Origin: Eledone cirrhosa
Taxonomy: Eukaryota
Assembly: GCA_964016885.1 (NCBI GenBank)
Contig: OZ024740.1
Coordinates: 319,176,001-319,240,000 of the forward strand
Reading direction: 5' to 3'
Length of the DNA stretch: 64,000 nucleotides
Under the pieces are notes generated by a model. The model made no database searches. It saw only the letters and a program-made list of their open reading frames with translations, and had not been told where the DNA came from. The position numbers were made by a program, and so were the translations under genes. Shown in pieces: positions 26,761 to 43,500 of this stretch. The number at the start of each line of letters is the position of its first letter. Position 1 is the first letter of the stretch.

Positions 26761-29700
26761 ACAAGTTACATTCTATCTGACATTCAATCGACTCTATCAA
26801 TTCGAAGTCTTTCTACTACAATACTAATAACAAATATTCTAGGATTGTCTCGTCTATTTCCACAAGTTACATTCTATCTGACATTCTAACGACTCTACCA
26901 ATTCGAAGTCTTTCTACTACAATACTCACAACAATTAATCCAGGATTGTATCGTCTATTTCCACAACTTACATTCTATCTGACGTTCTAACGACTCTACC
27001 AATTTGAAGTCTTTCTGCTACAATACTCACAACAAATAATCAAGGATTGTATCGTCTAGTTCCACAACTTACATTCTATCTGACATTCTAACGACTCTAC
27101 CAATTCGAAGTCTTTCTAATAAAATACTCACAACAAATAATCCAGGATTGTCTCGTCTATTTCCACACCTTACATTCTATCTGATATTCTAACGACTCTA
27201 CCCATTCTCTGTATTTCTACTACAATACTAACTTCAAATAATCCAGGATTGTCTCGTCTATTTCCACAACTTACATTCTATCTGACATTCTAACGACTCT
27301 ACCAATTCGAAGTCATTCTACTAAAATACTCACAACAAATAATCCAGGATTGTCTCGTCTATTTCCACAACTTACATTATAACTAAAAGTCTAACGACTC
27401 TACCAATTCGAAGTCTTTCTACTACAATGCTAACATCAACTAATCTAGGATTGTCTCGTCTATTTCCACAACTTACATTCTATCTGACATTCTAACGACT
27501 CTACCAATTTGAAGTCTTTCTACTACAATACTCACAACAAATAATCAAGGATTGTCACGTCTATTTCCACAACTTACATTCTATCTGATATTCTAACGAC
27601 ACTACCAATTCGAAGTCTTTCTACTACAATACTAACTTTAAATAATCCAGGATTGTCTCCTCTATTTCAACAACTTACATTCTATCTGACATTCTAACGA
27701 CTCTACCAATTCGAGGTCTTTCTACTACAATACTCACAACAAATAATCCAGGATTGTCTCGTCTATTTCCACATCTTACATTCTATCTGACATTCTAACG
27801 ACTCTACCAATTCGCTGTATTTCTACTAAAATACTAACTTCAAATAATCCAGGATTGTCTCGTCTATTTCCACAACTTACATACTATCTGACATTCTAAC
27901 GACTCTACCAATTCGAAGTCTTTCTACTACAATACTAACTTTAAATAATCCAGGATTGTCTCCTCTATTTCAACAACTTACATTCTATCTGACATTCTAA
28001 CGACTCTACCAATTCGAAGTCTTTCTACTACAATACTAACAACAAATAATCTAGGATTGTCTCGTCTATTTCCACAACTTACATTCTATCTGACATTCTA
28101 ACGACTCTACCAATTCGAAGTCTTTCTACTACAATACTCACAACAAATAATCCAGGATTGTCTCGTCTATTTCCACACCTTATATTTTATCTGATATTCT
28201 AACGACTCTACCCATAAGCTGTAATTCTACTACAATACTAACTTCAAATAATCCAGGATTGTCACGTCTATTTCCACAACTTACATTCTATCTGATATTC
28301 TAACGACTCGACCAATTCGAAGTCTTTCTACTACAATACTCACAACAAATAATCAAGGATTGTAACGTCTATTTCCACAACTTACATTCTATCTGACATT
28401 CTAACGACTCTACCAATTCGAAGTCTTTCTACTACAATACTCACGACAAATAATCCTGGATTGTCTCCTCTATTTCAACAACTTACATTCTATCTGACAT
28501 TCTAACGACTCTACCAATTCGAGGTCTTTCTACTACAATACTCACAACAAATAATCAAGGATTGTATCGTCTATTTCCACAACTTACATTCTATCTGACA
28601 TTCTAACGACTCTACCAATTCGAAGTCTTTCTACTACAATACTCACAACAAATAATCCAGGATTGTCTCGTCTATTTCCACACCTTACATTCTATCTGAC
28701 ATTCTAACGACTCTACCAATTCGAGGTCTTTCTACTACAATACTCACAACAAATAATCAAGGATTGTATCGTCTATTTCCACCACTTACATTCTATCTGA
28801 CATTCAATCGACTCTATCAATTCGAAGTCTTTCTACTACAATACTAATAACAAATAATCCAGGATTGTCTCGTCTATTTCCACAAGTTACATTCTATCTG
28901 ACATTCTAACGACTCTACCAATTCGAAGTCTTTCTACTACAATACTCACAACAATTAATCCAGGATTGTATCGTCTATTTCCACAACTTACATTCTATCT
29001 GACGTTCTAACGACTCTACCAATTTGAAGTCTTTCTGCTACAATACTCACAACAAATAATCAAGGATTGTATCGTCTATTTCCACAACTTACATTCTATC
29101 TGACATTCTAACGACTCTACCAATTCGAAGTCTTTCTAATAAAATACTCACAACAAATAATCCAGGATTGTCTCGTCTATTTCCACACCTTACATTCTAT
29201 CTGACATTCTAACGACTCTACCCATTCTCTGTATTTCTACTACAATACTAACTTCAAATAATCCAGGATTGTCTCGTCTATTTCCACAACTTACATTCTA
29301 TCTCACATTCTAACGACTCTACCAATTCGCTGTCTTTCTAATACAATACTAACTTCAAATAATACGGGATTGTCTCGTCTATTTCCACAACTTACATTCT
29401 ATCTGACATTCTAACGACTCTACCAATTCGAAGTCAATCTACTAAAATACTCACAACAAATAATCCAGGATTGTCTCGTCTATTTCCACAACTTACATTA
29501 TATCTAAATGTCTAACGACTCTACCAATTCGAAGTCTTTCTACTACAATGCTAACATCAACTAATCTAGGATTGTCTCGTCTATTTCCACAACTTACATT
29601 CTATCTGACATTCTAACGACTCTACCAATTTGAAGTCTTTCTACTACAATACTCACAACAAATAATCAAGAATTGTCTCGTCTATTTCCACACCTTACAT

Positions 29701-32700
29701 TCTATCTGATATTCTAACGACTCTACCAATTCGAAGACTTTTTACTACAATACTAACAACAAATAATTTAGGATTGTCTCTTTTATTTCCACAACTTACA
29801 TTCTATCTGACGTCCTAACGATTCTACCCATTCGCTGTATTTCTACTAAAATACTAACTTCAAATAATCCAGGATTGTCACGTCTATTTCCACAACTTAC
29901 ATTCTATCTGATATTCTAACGACTCTACCAATTCGAAGACTTTTTACTACAATACTAACAACAAATAATTTAGGATTGTCTCTTTTATTTCCACAACTTA
30001 CATTCTATCTGACGTCCTAACGATTCTACCCATTCGCTGTATTTCTACTAAAATACTAACTTCAAATAATCCAGGATTGTCTCGTCTATTTCCACAACTT
30101 ACATTCTATCTGACATTCTAACGACTCTACCAATTTGAGGTCTTTCTACTACAATACTCACAACAAATAATCAAGGTTTGTATGGTCTATTTCCACACCT
30201 TACATTCTATCTGACATTCTAACGACTGTACCAATTCGAAGCCTTTCTACTACAATACTCACAACAAATAATCCAGGATTGTCTTGTCTATTTCCACACC
30301 TTACATTCTATCTGACATTCTAACGACTCTACCAATTCGAAGTCTTTCTACTACAATACTAACTTCAAATAATCCAGGATTGTCACGTCTATTTCCACAA
30401 CTTACATTCTATCTGATATTCTAACGACTCTACCAATTCGAAGTCTTTCTACTACAATACTCACAACAAATAATCCAGGATTGTCACGTCTATTTCCACG
30501 CCTTACATTTTATCTGATATTCTAACGACTCTACCCATAAGCTGTAATTCTACTACAATACTAACTTCAAATAATCCAGGATTGTCACGTCTATTTCCAC
30601 AACTTAGATTCTATCTGATATTCTAACAACTCGACCAATTCGAAGTCTTTCTACTACAATACTCACAACAAATAATCCAGGATTGTAACGTCTATTTCCA
30701 CAACTTACATTCTATCTGACATTCTAACGACTCTACCAATTCGAAGTCTTTCTACTACAATACTCACGACAAATAATCCAGGATTGTCTCCTCTATTTCA
30801 ACAACTTACATTCTATCTGACATTCTAACGACTCTACCAATTTGAGGTCTTTCTACTACAATACTCACAACAAATAATCCAGGATTGTCTCGTCTATTTC
30901 TACACCTTACATTCTATCTGACATTCTAACGACTCTACCAATTCGCTGTATTTCTACTAAAATACTAACTTCAAATAATCCAGGATTGTCTCATCTATTT
31001 CCACAACTTACATTCTATCTGATATTCTAACGACTCTACCAATTCGAGGTCTTTCTACTACAATACTCACAACAAATAATCCAGGATTGTCTCGTCTATT
31101 TCCACAACTTAGATTCTATCTCACATTCTAACGACTCTACCAATTCGCTGTCTTTCTAATACAATACTAACTTCAAATAATCCGGGATTGTTTCGTCTAT
31201 TTCCACAACTTACATTCTGTCTGACATTCTAACGACTCTACCAATTCGAAGTCATTCTACTACAATACTCACAACAAATAATCCGGGATTGTCTCGTCTA
31301 TTTCCACAACTTACATTCTAGCTAAAAGTCTAACGACTCTACCAATTCGAAGTCTTTCTACTACAATACTAACATCAACTAATCTAGAATTGTCTCGTCT
31401 ATTTCCACAACTTACATATCTGACATTCTAACGACTCTACCAATTTGAAGTCTTTCTACTACAATACTCACAACAAAAAATCAAGGATTGTCACGTCTAT
31501 TTCAACAACTTACATTCTATCTGATATTCTAACGACTCTACCAATTCGAGGTCTTTCTACTACAATACTCACAACAAATAATCCAGGATTGTCTCGTCTA
31601 TTTCCACAACTTACATTCCAACTCACATTCTAACGACTCTACCAATTCGAGGTCTTTCTACTAAAATACTAACTTCAAATAATCCAGGATTGTCTCGTCT
31701 ATTTCCACAACTTACATTCCATCTCACATTCTAACGACTCTACCAATTCGAAGTCTTTCTACTACAGTACTCACAACAAATATTCAAGGTTTCTATCGTC
31801 TATTTCCACAACTTACATTTATCTGACATTCTAACGACTGTACCAATTCGAAGCCCTTCTACTACAATACTCACAACAAATAATCCAGGATTGTCTCGTC
31901 TATTTCCACACCTTACATTCTATCTGACATTCTAACGACTCTACCAATTCGAAGTCTTTCTACTACAATACTAACTTCAAATAATCCAGGATTGTCTCGT
32001 CTATTTCCACAACTTACATTCTATCTGACATTCTAACGACTCTACCAATTCGAAGTCTTTCTACTACAATACTAACAACAAATAATCTAGGATCGTCTCG
32101 TCTATTTCCACAACTTACATTCTATCTGACATTCTAACGACTCTACCAATTCGAAGTCTTTCTACTACAATACTCACAACAAATAATCCAGGATTGTCTC
32201 GTCTATTTCCACACCTTACATTTTATCTGATATTCTAACGACTCTACCCATAAGCTGTATTTCTACTACAATACTAACTTCAAATAATCCAGGATTGTCA
32301 CGTCTATTTCCACAACTTACATTCTATCTGATATTCTAACGACTCTACCAATTCGAAGTCTTTCTACTACAATACTAACAACAAATAATTTAGGATTGTC
32401 TCGTCTATTTCCACAACTTACATTCTATCTGACGTTCTAACGATTCTACCCATTCGCTGTATTTCTACTAAAATACTAACTTCAAATAATCCAGGATTGT
32501 CTCGTCTATTTCCACAACTTACATTCTATCTGACATTCTAACGACTCGACCAATTCGAAGTCTTTCTACTACAATACTCACAACAAATAATCAAGGATTG
32601 TAACGTCTATTTCCACAACTTACATTCTATCTGTCATTCTAACGACTCTACCAATTCGAAGTCTTTCTACTACAATACTCACAACAAATAATCCAGGATT

Positions 32701-34579
32701 GTCTCGTCTATTTCCACACCTTACATTCTATCTGACATTCTAACGACTCTACCAATTCGAAGACTTTCTACTATAATACTCACAACAAATAATCCAGGAT
32801 TGTCTCCTCTATTTCCACAACTTACATTCTATCTGTCATTCTAACGACACTACCAATTCGAAGTCTTTCTACTACAATACTCACAACAAATAATCCAGAA
32901 TTGTCTCCTCTATTTCAACAACTTACATTCTATCTGACATTCTAACGACTCTACCAATTTGAGGTCTTTCTACTACAATACTCACAACAAATAATCCAGG
33001 ATTGTCTCGTCTATTTCTACACCTTACATTCTATCTGACATTCTAACGACTCTACCAAATCGCTGTATTTCTACTAAAATACTAACTTCAAATAATCCAG
33101 GATTGTCTCATCTATTTCCACAACTTACATTCTATCTGATATTCTAACGACTCTACCAATTCGAGGTCTTTCTACTACAATACTCACAACAAATAATCCA
33201 GGATTGTCTCGTCTATTTCCACAACTTACATTCTATCTCACATTCTAACGACTCTACCAATTCGCTGTCTTTCTAATACAATACTAACTTCAAATAATCC
33301 GGGATTGTCTCGTCTATTTCCACAACTTACATTCTGTCTGACATTCTAACGACTCTACCAATTCGAAGTCATTCTACTACAATACTCACAACAAATAATC
33401 CAGGATTGTCTCGTCTATTTCCACAACTTACATTCTATCTAAAAGTCTAACGACTCTACCAATTCGAAGTCTTTCTACTACAATACTAACATCAACTAAT
33501 CTAGGATTGTCTCGTCTATTTCCACAACTTACATATCTGATATTCTAACGACTCTACCAATTTGAAGTCTTTCTACTACAATACTCACAACAAATAATCA
33601 AGGATTGTCACGTCTATTTCCACAACTTACATTCTATCTGATATTCTAACGACACTACCAATTCGAAGTCTTTCTACTACAATACTAACTTTAAATAATC
33701 CAGGATTGTCTCCTCTATTTCAACAACTTACATTCTATCTGACATTCTAACGACTCTACCAATTCGAGTTCTTTCTACTACAATACTCACAACAAATAAT
33801 CCAGGATTGTCTCGTCTATTTCCACACCTTACATTCTATCTGACATTCTAACGACTCTACCAATTCGCTGTATTTCTACTAAAATACTAACTTCAAATAA
33901 TCCAGGATTGTCTCATCTATTTCCACAACTTACATTCTATCTGATATTCGAACGACTCTACCAATTCGAATTATTTCTACTACAATACTAACAACAAATA
34001 ATCCAGGATTGTCTCGTCTATTTCCACAACTTACATACTATCTGACATTCTAACGACTCTACCAATTCGAAGTCTTTCTACTACAATACTAACTTTAAAT
34101 AATCCAGGATTGTCTCCTCTATTTCAACAACTTACATTCTATCTGACATTCTAACCACTCTACCAATTCGAGTTCTTTCTACTACAATACTCACAACAAA
34201 TAATCCAGGATTGTCTCGTCTATTTCCACACCTTACATTTTATCTGATATTCTAACGACTCTACCCATAAGCTGTAATTCTACTACAATACTAACTTCAA
34301 ATAATCCAGGGTTGTCACGTCTATTTCCACAACTTACATTCTATCTGATATTCTAACGACTCGACCAATTCGAAGTCTTTCTACTACAATACTCACAACA
34401 AATAATCAAGGATTGTAACGTCGATTTCCACAACTTACATTCTATCTGACTTTCTAACGACTCTACCAATTCGAAGTCTTTCTACTACAATACTCACGAC
34501 AAATAATCCAGGATTGTCTCCTCTATTTCAACAACTTACATTTTATCTGACATTCTAACGACTCTACCAATTCGAGGTC

Positions 34580-37510
34580 TTTCTACTACAATACGCACAA
34601 CAAATAATCAAGGATTGTATCGTCTATTTCCACAACTTACATTCTATCTGACATTCTAACGACTCTACCAATTCGAAGTCTTTCTACTACAATACTCACA
34701 ACAAATAATCCAGGATTGTCTCGTCTATTTCCACACCTTACATTCTATCTGACATTCTAACGACTCTACCAATTCGAGGTCTTTCTACTACAATACTCAC
34801 AACAAATAATCAAGGATTGTATCGTCTATTTCCACAACTTACATTCTATCTGACATTCTAACGACTCTACCAATTTGAAGTCTTTCTACTACAATACTCA
34901 CAAAAAATCATCCAGGATTGTCTCCTCTATTTCCACAACATACATTCTATCTGACATTCAATCGACTCTATCAATTCGAAGTCTTTCTACTACAATACTA
35001 ATAACAAATAATCCAGGATTGTCTCGTCTATTTCCACAAGTTACATTCTATCTGACGTTCTAATGACTCTACCAATTTGAAGTCTTTCTACTAAAATACT
35101 CACAACAAATAATCCAGGATTGTCTCGTCTATTTCCACACCTTACATTCTATCTGACATTCTAACGACTCTACCAATTCGAGGTCTTTCTACTACAATAC
35201 TCACAACAAATAATCAAGGATTGTATCGTCTATTTCCACAACTTACATTCTATCTGACATTCTAACGACTCTACCAATTTGAAGTCTTTCTACTACAATA
35301 CTCACAACAAATCATCCAGGATTGTCTCCTCTATTTCCACAACATACATTCTATCTGACATTCAATCGACTCTATCAATTCGAATTCTTTCTACTACAAT
35401 ACTCACAACAATTAATCCAGGATTGTATCGTCTATTTCCACAACTTACATTCTATCTGACGTTCTAATGACTCTACCAATTTGAAGTCTTTCTACTAAAA
35501 TACTCACAACAAATAATCCAGGATTGTCTCGTCTATTTCCACACCTTACATTCTATCTGACATTCTAACGACTCTACCCATTCTCTGTATTTCTACTACA
35601 ATACTAACTTCAACTAATCCAGGATTGTCTCGTCAATTTCCACAACTTACATTCTATCTCACATTCTAACGACTCTACCAATTCGCTGTCTTTCTAATAC
35701 AATACTAACTTCAAATAATACGGGATTGTCTCGTCTATTTCCACAACTTACATTCTATCTGACATTCTAACGACTCTACCAATTCGAAGTCATTCTACTA
35801 AAATACTCACAACAAATAATCCAGGATTGTCTCGTCTATTTCCACAACTTACATTCTATCTAAAAGTCTAACGACTCTACCAATTCGAAGTCTTTCTACT
35901 ACAATGCTAACATCAACTAATCTAGGATTGTCTCGTCTATTTCCACAACTTACATTCTATCTGACATTCTAACGACTCTACCAATTTGAAGTCTTTCTAC
36001 TACAATACGCACAACAAATAATCAAGGATTGTATCGTCTATTTCCACAACTTACATTCTATCTGACATTCTAACGACTCTACCAATTCGAAGTCTTTCTA
36101 CTACAATACGCACAACAAATAATCAAGGATTGTATCGTCTATTTCCACAACTTACATTCTATCTGACATTCTAACGACTCTACCAATTCGAAGTCTTTCT
36201 ACTACAATACTCACAACAAATAATCCAGGATTGTCTCGTCTATTTCCACACCTTACATTCTATCTGACATTCTAACGACTCTACCAATTCGAGGTCTTTC
36301 TACTACAATACTCACAACAAATAATCAAGGATTGTATCGTCTATTTCCACAACTTACATTCTATCTGACATTCTAACGACTCTACCAATTTGAAGTCTTT
36401 CTACTACAATACTCACAACAAATCATCCAGGATTGTCTCCTCTATTTCCACAACATACATTCTATCTGACATTCAATCGACTCTATCAATTCGAAGTCTT
36501 TCTACTACAATACTAATAACAAATAATCCAGGATTGTCTCGTCTATTTCCACAAGTTACATTTTATCTGACGTTCTAATGACTCTACCAATTTGAAGTCT
36601 TTCTACTAAAATACTCACAACAAATAATCCAGGATTGTCTCGTCTATTTCCACACCTTACATTCTATCTGACATTCTAACGACTCTACCAATTCGAGGTC
36701 TTTCTACTACAATACTCACAACAAATAATCAAGGATTGTATCGTCTATTTCCACAACTTACATTCTATCTGACATTCTAACGACTCTACCAATTTGAAGT
36801 CTTTCTACTACAATACTCACAACAAATCATCCAGGATTGTCTCCTCTATTTCCACAACATACATTCTATCTGACATTCAATCGACTCTATCAATTCGAAT
36901 TCTTTCTACTACAATACTCACAACAATTAATCCAGGATTGTATCGTCTATTTCCACAACTTACATTCTATCTGAGGTTCTAATGACTCTACCAATTTGAA
37001 GTCTTTCTACTAAAATACTCACAACAAATAATCCAGGATTGTCTCGTCTATTTCCACACCTTACATTCTATCTGACATTCTAACGACTCTACCCATTCTC
37101 TGTATTTCTACTACAATACTAACTTCAACTAATCCAGGATTGTCTCGTCAATTTCCACAACTTACATTCTATCTCACATTCTAACGACTCTACCAATTCG
37201 CTGTCTTTCTAATACAATACTAACTTCAAATAATACGGGATTGTCTCGTCTATTTCCACAACTTACATTCTATCTGACATTCTAACGACTCTACCAATTC
37301 GAAGTCATTCTACTAAAATACTCACAACAAATAATCCAGGATTGTCTCGTCTATTTCCACAACTTACATTCTATCTAAAAGTCTAACGACTCTACCAATT
37401 CGAAGTCTTTCTACTACAATGCTAACATCAACTAATCTAGGATTGTCTCGTCTATTTCCACAACTTACATTCTATCTGACATTCTAACGACTCTACCAAT
37501 TTGAAGTCTT
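34580..37510 (+). repeat. 15-monomer HOR, 1515 bp, about 2 copies, with an internal 404-bp (4-mer) duplication
   Basis: The ORF-track artefacts recur at 34875/36390 and 35279/36794 (offset 1515) and at 34875/35279 (offset 404). The GAATTC variant is at 35382 and 36897. Confidence 0.92.
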
Positions 37511-40500
37511 TCTACTACAATACTCACAACAAATAATCAAGAATTGTCTCGTCTATTTCCACAACTTACATTCTATCTGATATTCTAACGACTCTACCCA
37601 TTCGCTGTATTTCTACTACGATACTAACTTCAAATAATCCAGGATCGTCACGTCTATTTCCACAACTTACATTCTATCTGATATTGTAACGACTCTACCA
37701 ATTCGAAGACTTTTTACTACAATACTAACAACAAATAATTTAGGATTGTCTCGTTTATTTCCACAACTTACATTCTATCTGACGTTCTAACGATTCTACC
37801 CATTCGCTGTATTTCTACTAAAATACTAACTTCAAATAATCCAGGATTGTCTCGTCTATTTCCACAACTTACATTCCATCTCACATTCTAACGACTCTAC
37901 CAATTCGAAGTCTTTCTACTACAGTACTCACAACAAATAATCAAGGTTTGTATCGTCTATTTCCACAACTTACATTCTATCTGACATTCTAACGACTGTA
38001 CCAATTCGAAGCCTTTCTACTACAATACTCACAACAAATAATCCAGGATTGTCTCGTCTATTTCCACACCTTACATTCTATCTGACATTCTAACGACTCT
38101 ACCAATTCGAAGTCTTTCTACTACAATACTAACTTCAGATAATCCAGGATTGTCTCGTCTATTTCCACAACTTACATTCTATCTGACATTCTAACGACTC
38201 TACCAATTCGAAGTCTTTCTACTACAATACTCACAACAAATAATCCAGGATTGTCTCGTCTATTTCCACACCTTACATTTTATCTGATATTCTAACGACT
38301 CTACCCATAAGCTGTATTTCTACTACAATACTAACTTCAAATAATCCAGGATTGTCACGTCTATTTCCACAACTTACATTCTATCTGACATTCTAACGAC
38401 TCTACCAATTCGAAGTCTTTCTACTACAATACTCACAACAAATAATCCAGGATTGTCTCGTCTATTTCCACACCTTACATTTTATCTGATATTCTAACGA
38501 CTCTACCCATAAGCTGTATTTCTACTACAATACTAACTTCAAATAATCCAGGATTGTCACGTCTATTTCCACAACTTACATTCTATCTGATATTCTAACG
38601 ACTCTACCAATTCGAGGTCTTTCTACTACAATACTCACAACAAATAATCCAGGATTGTCTCCTCTATTTCAACAACTTACATTCCATCTCACATTCTAAC
38701 GACTCTACCAATTCGAGGTCTTTCTACTAAAATACTAACTTCAAATAATCCAGGATTGTCTCCTCTATTTCAACAACTTACATTCTATCTGACATTCTAA
38801 CGACTCTACCAATTCGAGGTCTTTCTACTACAATACTCACAACAAATAATCCAGGATTGTCTCGTCTATTTCCACAACTTACATTCTATCTATCATTCTA
38901 ACGACACTACCAATTCGAAGTCTTTCTACTACAATACTAACTTTAAATAATCCAGGATTGTCTCCTCTATTTCAACAGCTTACATTCTATCTGACATTCT
39001 AACGACTCTACCAATTTGAGGTCTTTCTACTACAATACTCACAACAAATAATCCAGGATTGTCTCGTCTATTTCTACACCTTACATTCTATCTGACATTG
39101 TAACGACTCTACCAATTCGCTGTATTTCTACTAAAATACTAACTTCAAATAATCCAGGATTGTCTCATCTATTTCCACAACTTACATTCTATCTGATATT
39201 CTAACGACTCTACCAATTCGAGGTCTTTCTACTACAATACTCACAACAAATAATCCAGGATTGTCTCGTCTATTTCCACAACTTACATTCTATCTCACAT
39301 TCTAACGACTCTACCAATTCGCTGTCTTTCTAATACAATACTCACAACAAATAATCAAGGATTGTCACGTCTATTTCCACAACTTACATATCTGACATTC
39401 TAACGACTCTACCAATTTGAAGTCTTTCTACTACAATACTCAGAACAAATAATCAAGGATTGTCACGTCTATTTCCACAACTTACATTCTATCTGATATT
39501 CTAACGACACTACCAATTCGAAGTCTTTCTACTACAATACTCACGACAAATAATCCAGGATTGTCTCCTCTATTTCCACAACTTACATTCCATCTGACAT
39601 TCTAACGACTCTACCAATTCGAGGTCTTTCTACTAAAATACTAACTTCAAATAATCCAGGATTGTCTCGTCTATTTCCACAACTTACATTCCATCTCACA
39701 TTCTAACGACTCTACCAATTCGAAGTCTTTCTACTACAGTACTCACAACAAATATTCAAGGTTTGTATCGTCTATTTCCACAACTTACATTTATCTGACA
39801 TTCTAACGACTGTACCAATTCGAAGCCTTTCTACTACAATACTGACAACAAATAATCCAGGATTGTCACGTCTATTTCCACACCTTACATTCTATCTGAC
39901 ATTCTAACGACTCTACCAATTCGAAGTCTTTCTACTACAATACTAACTTCAAATAATCCAGGATTGGCTCGTCTATTTCCACAACTTACATTCTATCTGA
40001 CATTCTAACGACTCTACCAATTCGAAGTCTTTCTACTACAATACTAACAACAAATAATCTAGGATTGTCTCGTCTATTTCCACAACTTACATTCTATCTG
40101 ACATTCTAACGACTCTACCAATTCGAAGTCTTTCTACTACAATACTCACAACAAATAATCCAGGATTGTCTCGTCTATTTCCACGCCTTACATTTTATCT
40201 GATATTCTAACGACTCTACCCATAAGCTGTATTTCTACTACAATACTAACTTCAAATAATCCAGGATTGTCACGTCTATTTCCACAACTTACATTCTATC
40301 TGATATTCTAACGACTCTACCAATTCGAAGTCTTTCTACTACAATACTCACAACAAATAATCAAGGATTGTCACGTCTATTTCCACAACTTACATTCTAT
40401 CTGATATTCTAACGACACTACCAATTCGCTGTATTTCTACTAAAATACTAACTTCAAATAATCCAGGATTGTCTCATCTATTTCCACAACTTACATTCTA

Positions 40501-43500
40501 TCTGATATTCGAACGACTCTACCAATTCGAAGTCTTTCTACTACAATACTATCTTTAAATAATCCAGGATTGTCTCCTCTATTTCAACAACTTACATTCT
40601 ATCTGACATTCTAACGACTCTACCAATTCGAGGTCTTTCTACTACAATACTCACAACAAATAATCCAGGATTGTCTCGTCTATTTCCACGCCTTACATTC
40701 TATCTGACATTCTAACGACTCTACCAATTCGCTGTATTTCTACTAAAATACTAACTTCAAATAATCCAGGATTGTCTCATCTATTTCCACAACTTACATT
40801 CTATCTGATATTCGAACGACTCTACCAATTCGAAGTATTTCTACTACAATACTCACAACAAATCATCCAGGATTGTCTCCTCTATTTCCACAACATACAT
40901 TCTATCTGACATTCAATCGTCTCTATCAATTCGAAGTCTTTCTACTACAATACTAATAACAAATAATCCAGGATTGTCTCGTCTATTTCCACAAGTTACA
41001 TTCTATCTGACATTCTAACGACTCTACCAATTCGAAGTCTTTCTACTACAATACTCACAACAATTAATCCAGGATTGTATCGTCTATTTCCACAACTTAC
41101 ATTCTATCTGACGTTCTAACGACTCTACCAATTTGAAGTCTTTCTACTACAATACTCACAACAAATAATCAAGGATTGTATCGTCTATTTCCACAACTTA
41201 CATTCTATCTGACATTCTAACGACTCTACCAATTCGAAGTCTTTCTACTAAAATACACACAACAAATAATCCAGGATTGTCTCGTCTATTTCCACACCTT
41301 ACATTCTATTTGACATTCTAACGACTCTACCCATTCTCTGTATTTCTACTACAATACTAACTTCAAATAATCCAGGATTGTCTCGTCTATTTCCACAACT
41401 TACATTCTATCTCACATTCTAACGACTCTACCAATTCGCTGTCTTTCTAATACAATACTAACTTCAAATAATACGGGATTGTCTCGTCTATTTCCACAAC
41501 TTACATTCTATCTGACATTCTAACGACTCTACCAATTCGAAGTCATTCTACTAAAATACTCACAACAAATAATCCAGGATTGTCTCGTCTATTTCCACAA
41601 CTTACATTCTATCTAAAAGTCTAACGACTCTACCAATTCGAAGTCTTTCTACTACAATGCTAACATCAACTAATCTAGGATTGTCTCGTCTATTTCCACA
41701 ACTTACATTCTATCTGACATTCTAACGACTCTACCAATTCGAAGTCTTTCTACTACAATACTCACAACAATTAATCCAGGATTGTATCGTCTATTTCCAC
41801 AACTTACATTCTATCTGACGTTCTAACGACTCTACCAATTTGAAGTCTTTCTACTACAATACTCACAACAAATAATCAAGGATTGTATCGTCTATTTCCA
41901 CAACTTACATTCTATCTGACATTCTAACGACTCTACCAATTCGAAGTCTTTCTACTAAAATACACACAACAAATAATCCAGGATTGTCTCGTCTATTTCC
42001 ACACCTTACATTCTATTTGACATTCTAACGACTCTACCCATTCTCTGTATTTCTACTACAATACTAACTTCAAATAATCCAGGATTGTCTCGTCTATTTC
42101 CACAACTTACATTCTATCTCACATTCTAACGACTCTACCAATTCGCTGTCTTTCTAATACAATACTAACTTCAAATAATACGGGATTGTCTCGTCTATTT
42201 CCACAACTTACATTCTATCTGACATTCTAACGACTCTACCAATTCGAAGTCATTCTACTAAAATACTCACAACAAATAATCCAGGATTGTCTCGTCTATT
42301 TCCACAACTTACATTCTATCTAAAAGTCTAACGACTCTACCAATTCGAAGTCTTTCTACTACAATGCTAACATCAACTAATCTAGGATTGTCTCGTCTAT
42401 TTCCACAACTTACATTCTATCTGACATTCTAACGACTCTACCAATTTGAAGTCTTTCTACTACAATACGCACAACAAATAATCAAGGATTGTATCGTCTA
42501 TTTCCACAACTTACATTCTATCTGACATTCTAACGACTCTACCAATTCGAAGTCTTTCTACTACAATACGCACAACAAATAATCAAGGATTGTATCGTCT
42601 ATTTCCACAACTTACATTCTATCTGACATTCTAACGACTCTACCAATTCGAAGTCTTTCTACTACAATACTCACAACAAATAATCCAGGATTGTCTCGTC
42701 TATTTCCACACCTTACATTCTATCTGACATTCTAACGACTCTACCAATTCGAGGTCTTTCTACTACAATACTCACAACAAATAATCAAGGATTGTATCGT
42801 CTATTTCCACAACTTACATTCTATCTGACATTCTAACGACTCTACCAATTTGAAGTCTTTCTACTACAATACTCACAACAAATCATCCAGGATTGTCTCC
42901 TCTATTTCCACAACATACATTCTATCTGACATTCAATCGACTCTATCAATTCGAAGTCTTTCTACTACAATACTAATAACAAATAATCCAGGATTGTCTC
43001 GTCTATTTCCACAAGTTACATTCTATCTGACGTTCTAATGACTCTACCAATTTGAAGTCTTTCTACTAAAATACTCACAACAAATAATCCAGGATTGTCT
43101 CGTCTATTTCCACACCTTACATTCTATCTGACATTCTAACGACTCTACCAATTCGAGGTCTTTCTACTACAATACTCACAACAAATAATCAAGGATTGTA
43201 TCGTCTATTTCCACAACTTACATTCTATCTGACATTCTAACGACTCTACCAATTTGAAGTCTTTCTACTACAATACTCACAACAAATCATCCAGGATTGT
43301 CTCCTCTATTTCCACAACATACATTCTATCTGACATTCAATCGACTCTATCAATTCGAATTCTTTCTACTACAATACTCACAACAATTAATCCAGGATTG
43401 TATCGTCTATTTCCACAACTTACATTCTATCTGAGGTTCTAATGACTCTACCAATTTGAAGTCTTTCTACTAAAATACTCACAACAAATAATCCAGGATT

